A stretch of DNA of 64,000 bases from Candidatus Altimarinota bacterium (lineage in GTDB: Bacteria; Patescibacteriota; Gracilibacteria; UBA4473). Each line of letters starts with the position of its first letter. Position 1 is the first letter of the stretch. Shown one piece after another: positions 60,578 through 64,000 of this stretch. Location of the stretch: positions 896,001 to 960,000 of the forward strand of contig OZ246423.1 of the NCBI GenBank assembly GCA_965231215.1. The letters are read 5' to 3'. A model generated the notes under the pieces. The model was not told the origin of the DNA, made no database searches, and saw only the letters and a list, made by a program, of their open reading frames with translations. The position numbers and the translations under genes were made by a program.

Positions 60578-62866
60578 ATGTCTTTGAATCGAATTTTTAC
60601 ACGTTATTTCTGTGCTGTTTTGGCTTTATTATGGGCCTTTTCTGCGGAAGCGTTGTTTTTTCAAGTAGATGACACTGTAGCCGCTGACAATGCGGCTTTT
60701 AGAGTTTCAGGATTACAGTCTAATGAAACGGTTGGCTTTTGGCTCGATAGACCCGAAGGTGAAGGTTTAACTTTTTCAGCTAAGGCCGATGAGTTCGGAG
60801 TGATTAATGAAGAGGTGTATGGACTGCACCTGAAAAAATCAGGCAAATATACCCTAAGCCTAACGCGGCCGTTGCTGCCGTATGATCCGGAAAGCGTAAG
60901 TTTTACCGTGAAACCCGGAGCGCCTTCGGCCTACCGGTCAGAACTAGTGGCTCATATAAAATCTCTGCCGGCCAATGGTGAGGCGGAGGGACCGTTTAAA
61001 GTAGTGGTGCGCGATGCTTATGGAAACCCTGTCTCAGATCAGAGCGTAAAAGTCTTCTCTTCACGAAAAGAAGACTGGATCGTAGCCTCTGGACGAACCG
61101 ATAGCGAAGGGATTATAAGAGGAAAAGTGACTTCACAAACACCTGGAGTTTCAGTGCTTTCAGCGCTTGTGGGAGAGGTTACTATTTTTGAGCGCACAGA
61201 GCTTATCTTTCACCTTCCCGCTAATCAACTTGGAAACGTGGGGCAATCAGACAATATTGGCCAGTTTCTTAAAGCGCAGTTATTTCAAGAAGAAGGGTTT
61301 GATGAGGTCGCTTATTTCACGCTAGAAGAAATAGAAAACGAGGTGATAACCGATCGAAACTATACCGTAAAAATAGTGGCTAAAGACGCTGACGGAAACA
61401 TCGTAAAAAACTATAAAGGAAAGATTAGATTTTCTTCAAGTGATAGCGAGGCTCAGCTCCCAGCCGATTATGAATTTGAAGACGAAGATCAAGGAGAACA
61501 TACCTTTGCCTTGGCCGTTACCTTTGGAACTCCAGGACAGCATACACTCAGTGTCGCCGACTTTAATAACTCGGTGATTCGAGGGCAAAAAACCTTAGAA
61601 GTATTTGATGAAGATCAATTTGGCCCAGAAGGAGAAGATGGACCTCTGACAATTATTACTCCGCTTGAAGGTACCTACAGTTCGCCAAGAATGACCATTA
61701 CGGGGAAAGGGCCATCAGGTTCTACTATTAAACTCAGCGATGGGCCAACACTGCTTATTGAAGACCTTATTATTGATACTAACGGGGACTTTGTATACCA
61801 AACTCCAGCACTAGCCGATGGACTGCATAAGTTTTTCGCATCCACACTGGATGAATCTCAGTTTTCAAACGAAGTAACGATTCGTATTGATCAGACTCCA
61901 CCGAGAGTATTGGCGGTAGAAGTAGACCCGCCAGAGGGCGTAGATCCAGGATCCATATTCCAGGTAAAAGTATCTTCAAATGAACCGCTCTCAAGTGCTC
62001 GGTGTGTGTTTAATGAAATTGCTCAAGTGCTGACTCAGTCTGGAGAAATCTTTGTCGGAAACTATCAGGCTCCACAAAGTTGTGGTGAATACCCAGTAGG
62101 ATGTACCGTCGCTGATGTGCTAGGGAATGAGTTGCAAGAAGACAACGCCGCCGTCGTAAAAGTCTGTAAAGAAGGGCAAGAAGAAGCTGATAAAGATACG
62201 GATCAAGATGGACTTAGCGATATTTCTGAAGGGTATGAACTCGATGATGACGGAGATTGCGTGCCAAACTGGCTGGAATCTATTGTTGCTGATAGTGATG
62301 GGGATGGCATAGTAGACCAAAAAGACCCAGATAATGACACCGATAATGGAGGGATTGATAATACCCGAGAATGTAGAGAACTTGGAACTGATCCACTCAA
62401 TCCAGATGATGATCAACAAGGAGGGATTCGCCCAACAGCGGTGCCTAATTTGTCAGCGGAACCTGGAGATAAAAGAGTTACGCTTTTCTGGTCCCCCGCT
62501 AAAGACGATAAAGAAGTAGTAGCCTACAGTATTAGCTACGGGCTCTCTTCAGACGCCCTAACCCTGACCAACAAGACGCCAGATGCGCGTACACAGTGGT
62601 ATATTGATGGACTCGAACCAGCGACAAAGTACTTCTTTCAGATTAGAGCTATAGATGATGGAGGGGCTCAGGGAGTGCCGAGTAATGTGGTGGAAGCCGC
62701 AACCTTCGATGCTAATGGGAACCCCGTAGAAGGAAGCTCCGTAAAGGGAGAACGCAATTTTCACTCTTCAGCAGTACCAAGGACTGGAGCTCGTAATTGG
62801 CTTCCGTATGGATTAGCTATTTTGGGAGGTATTTTCTTTTTATACGTCAGCCGGAAAAGGAGCTAA
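60578..62866 (+). CDS. Cell-surface protein with Ig/invasin-like domains, DxDxDG Ca-binding repeats, fibronectin III domain and LPXTG-like anchor
   Basis: Signal peptide; RDAYGNP, DADGN; DTDQDG, DSDGDG; L.W.P....Y....GLEP.TKYFFQIRA; C-terminal VPRTG, TM helix, RKRS. Confidence 0.8.
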   Translation: MSLNRIFTRYFCAVLALLWAFSAEALFFQVDDTVAADNAAFRVSGLQSNETVGFWLDRPEGEGLTFSAKADEFGVINEEVYGLHLKKSGKYTLSLTRPLLPYDPESVSFTVKPGAPSAYRSELVAHIKSLPANGEAEGPFKVVVRDAYGNPVSDQSVKVFSSRKEDWIVASGRTDSEGIIRGKVTSQTPGVSVLSALVGEVTIFERTELIFHLPANQLGNVGQSDNIGQFLKAQLFQEEGFDEVAYFTLEEIENEVITDRNYTVKIVAKDADGNIVKNYKGKIRFSSSDSEAQLPADYEFEDEDQGEHTFALAVTFGTPGQHTLSVADFNNSVIRGQKTLEVFDEDQFGPEGEDGPLTIITPLEGTYSSPRMTITGKGPSGSTIKLSDGPTLLIEDLIIDTNGDFVYQTPALADGLHKFFASTLDESQFSNEVTIRIDQTPPRVLAVEVDPPEGVDPGSIFQVKVSSNEPLSSARCVFNEIAQVLTQSGEIFVGNYQAPQSCGEYPVGCTVADVLGNELQEDNAAVVKVCKEGQEEADKDTDQDGLSDISEGYELDDDGDCVPNWLESIVADSDGDGIVDQKDPDNDTDNGGIDNTRECRELGTDPLNPDDDQQGGIRPTAVPNLSAEPGDKRVTLFWSPAKDDKEVVAYSISYGLSSDALTLTNKTPDARTQWYIDGLEPATKYFFQIRAIDDGGAQGVPSNVVEAATFDANGNPVEGSSVKGERNFHSSAVPRTGARNWLPYGLAILGGIFFLYVSRKRS

Positions 62867-62991
62867 ATAGAAAAGTCATTTAAAATGAAGGCTTTGTTTT
62901 GCAAGGTTCTTTTGTCTATAAGCTATTCAGGGCCTTTTTTTTATGCTAGAATACAGGAGGATTTTCAGAATTTAAGTAAAAATAAAATCAA

Positions 62992-64000
62992 ATGCACTTT
63001 TTCTCTTTCCCCTTAATTTTATGCGGAGTCTTTTTGTTTTCTGTTGTTTCTGCTACAGAATATGATCCAAGCATTATACCATCAAAAGTAACCGGTGATG
63101 CTTTCACCGCCACAGAGCTAAATACTTTAGTAAATGTAGTGAAGGGTCTTAAACGAGATGATCAAAATACCAGCACTTTAAGTGATGATCGATTTGGAAT
63201 TGGTCTAGAATCAGCTTCCCCAACCCAAAAATTAGAGGTAAATGGGGGCATAAAAGCCACTAGATTTATAGGAGATGGATCACAATTGACGAGCCTTCCA
63301 GAAAAATACTGGATCCAAATTGGAGGAGATATTAATTACCCTTTAGGGAATGTAGGCATTGGTACCTCGAGTATAAGTCCAGGGCTAAAACTAGACATAG
63401 CGGGGAAAGTGGGAGCCGTAGAATACTGTGATGCTTTGGGGACTAATTGTGTAATGCCCTCAGATATAGCCTCCAGTATTGGAAGTGGCGGTGGCGCGAG
63501 TTCTATCCAGCGTGGGGGGAGTAATCCAGGGAGTGGCAGTGAAGGAGATATCTTTTACAATACCTCAAATAATCAAATCTATTTTCATGATGGAAGTAGC
63601 TGGGTAGAGATTAGTAACTCCGTGACCGTTACAACTCCGCCAGGGAGCCCAGATGCAGGAGATACGTATTACAATACTTCAAGTAATGAATATTTTTATT
63701 ATGATGGAGACAGTTGGGAAGTTTTAGGAGGCGGAAAGTGGGAAGAGGGAACAACGCTAGGAACCATTTATTATACTGGTGGAAATGTAGGGATTGGCAC
63801 CTCAAACCCTAGTTTTAAACTTACTATAGTTGGTGATGCAACTGCTTCATGGGTAAGTGCAGCAGCCCTATTGGCTGATACTAGTGCTGGTGGTAGAGCT
63901 TATTCAATTGGGAGTCGGAATGGAGTAGGATTTCATATAGGAGATGAAACAGCTGGAGTTTCATTATTGGTAATTGACGCTGCTGGAAACGCCGGAATTG
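62992..64000 (+). CDS. Secreted tail-fibre-like adhesin E, paralogue of fibre C (runs off the window)
   Basis: Manual translation MHFFSFPLILCGVFLFSVVSATEYDPSIIPSKVTGDAFTATELNTLVNVVKGLKR...GGKWEEG then a different module; TGCTAGAAT extended -10 at 62944-62952. Confidence 0.85.
   Translation, partial: MHFFSFPLILCGVFLFSVVSATEYDPSIIPSKVTGDAFTATELNTLVNVVKGLKRDDQNTSTLSDDRFGIGLESASPTQKLEVNGGIKATRFIGDGSQLTSLPEKYWIQIGGDINYPLGNVGIGTSSISPGLKLDIAGKVGAVEYCDALGTNCVMPSDIASSIGSGGGASSIQRGGSNPGSGSEGDIFYNTSNNQIYFHDGSSWVEISNSVTVTTPPGSPDAGDTYYNTSSNEYFYYDGDSWEVLGGGKWEEGTTLGTIYYTGGNVGIGTSNPSFKLTIVGDATASWVSAAALLADTSAGGRAYSIGSRNGVGFHIGDETAGVSLLVIDAAGNAGI
63058..63749. repeat. Inverted paralogous copy of 26071-26762
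   Basis: Colinear, ungapped comparison. Confidence 0.9.

Noticed and set aside
1-64000. Genetic code 25 (UGA=Gly) as in Gracilibacteria sensu stricto and Absconditabacteria
   Set aside because: Long conserved genes are intact under the standard code and several end at TGA at the expected position (e.g. grxD at 39933).
1-64000. tRNA, rRNA or IS elements
   Set aside because: No cloverleaf/T-loop signatures, rRNA-like stretches or transposase ORFs were seen in the intergenic regions or ORF track.

Overview
AT-rich bacterial chromosome segment using the standard genetic code (TGA acts as stop). Gene content (CPR-type pilins, DUF4012, VanW, two class A PBPs, large secreted proteins ending in an NTIGG...YDLNY motif) suggests a Patescibacteria/CPR organism of the Peregrinibacteria/Gracilibacteria group; this is inference. 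Most of the window is housekeeping: guaA, ribD, ribE, rpe, rplY, rplU, rplJ-rplL with an L10 leader, murD, mutS, pyrB, pyrC, malic enzyme, class I aldolase and a MacAB-type transporter. The outstanding feature is a family of five signal-peptide-bearing, phage-tail-fibre-like proteins (15976-17853, 18020-20881, 21114-26840, 58928-60478, 62992->64000). They have constant N-termini and mosaic C-termini built from in-frame cassettes. The cassette borders are conserved at the DNA level: a fixed-codon GNVGIGT motif, fixed-codon Gly/Ser linkers, and identical module ends around divergent interiors. One 253-bp cassette is shared identically by two genes, with both breakpoints in the motif. This looks like a recombination-driven adhesin-diversification system, although no recombinase or reverse transcriptase is visible in the window. 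Other finds: an in-frame palindromic (RPE-like) insertion in guaA, two degenerate palindromic intergenic repeats, an mscL remnant lacking both TM helices, and an unannotated LysW-like zinc-ribbon gene. All calls were made by eye, without database searches.
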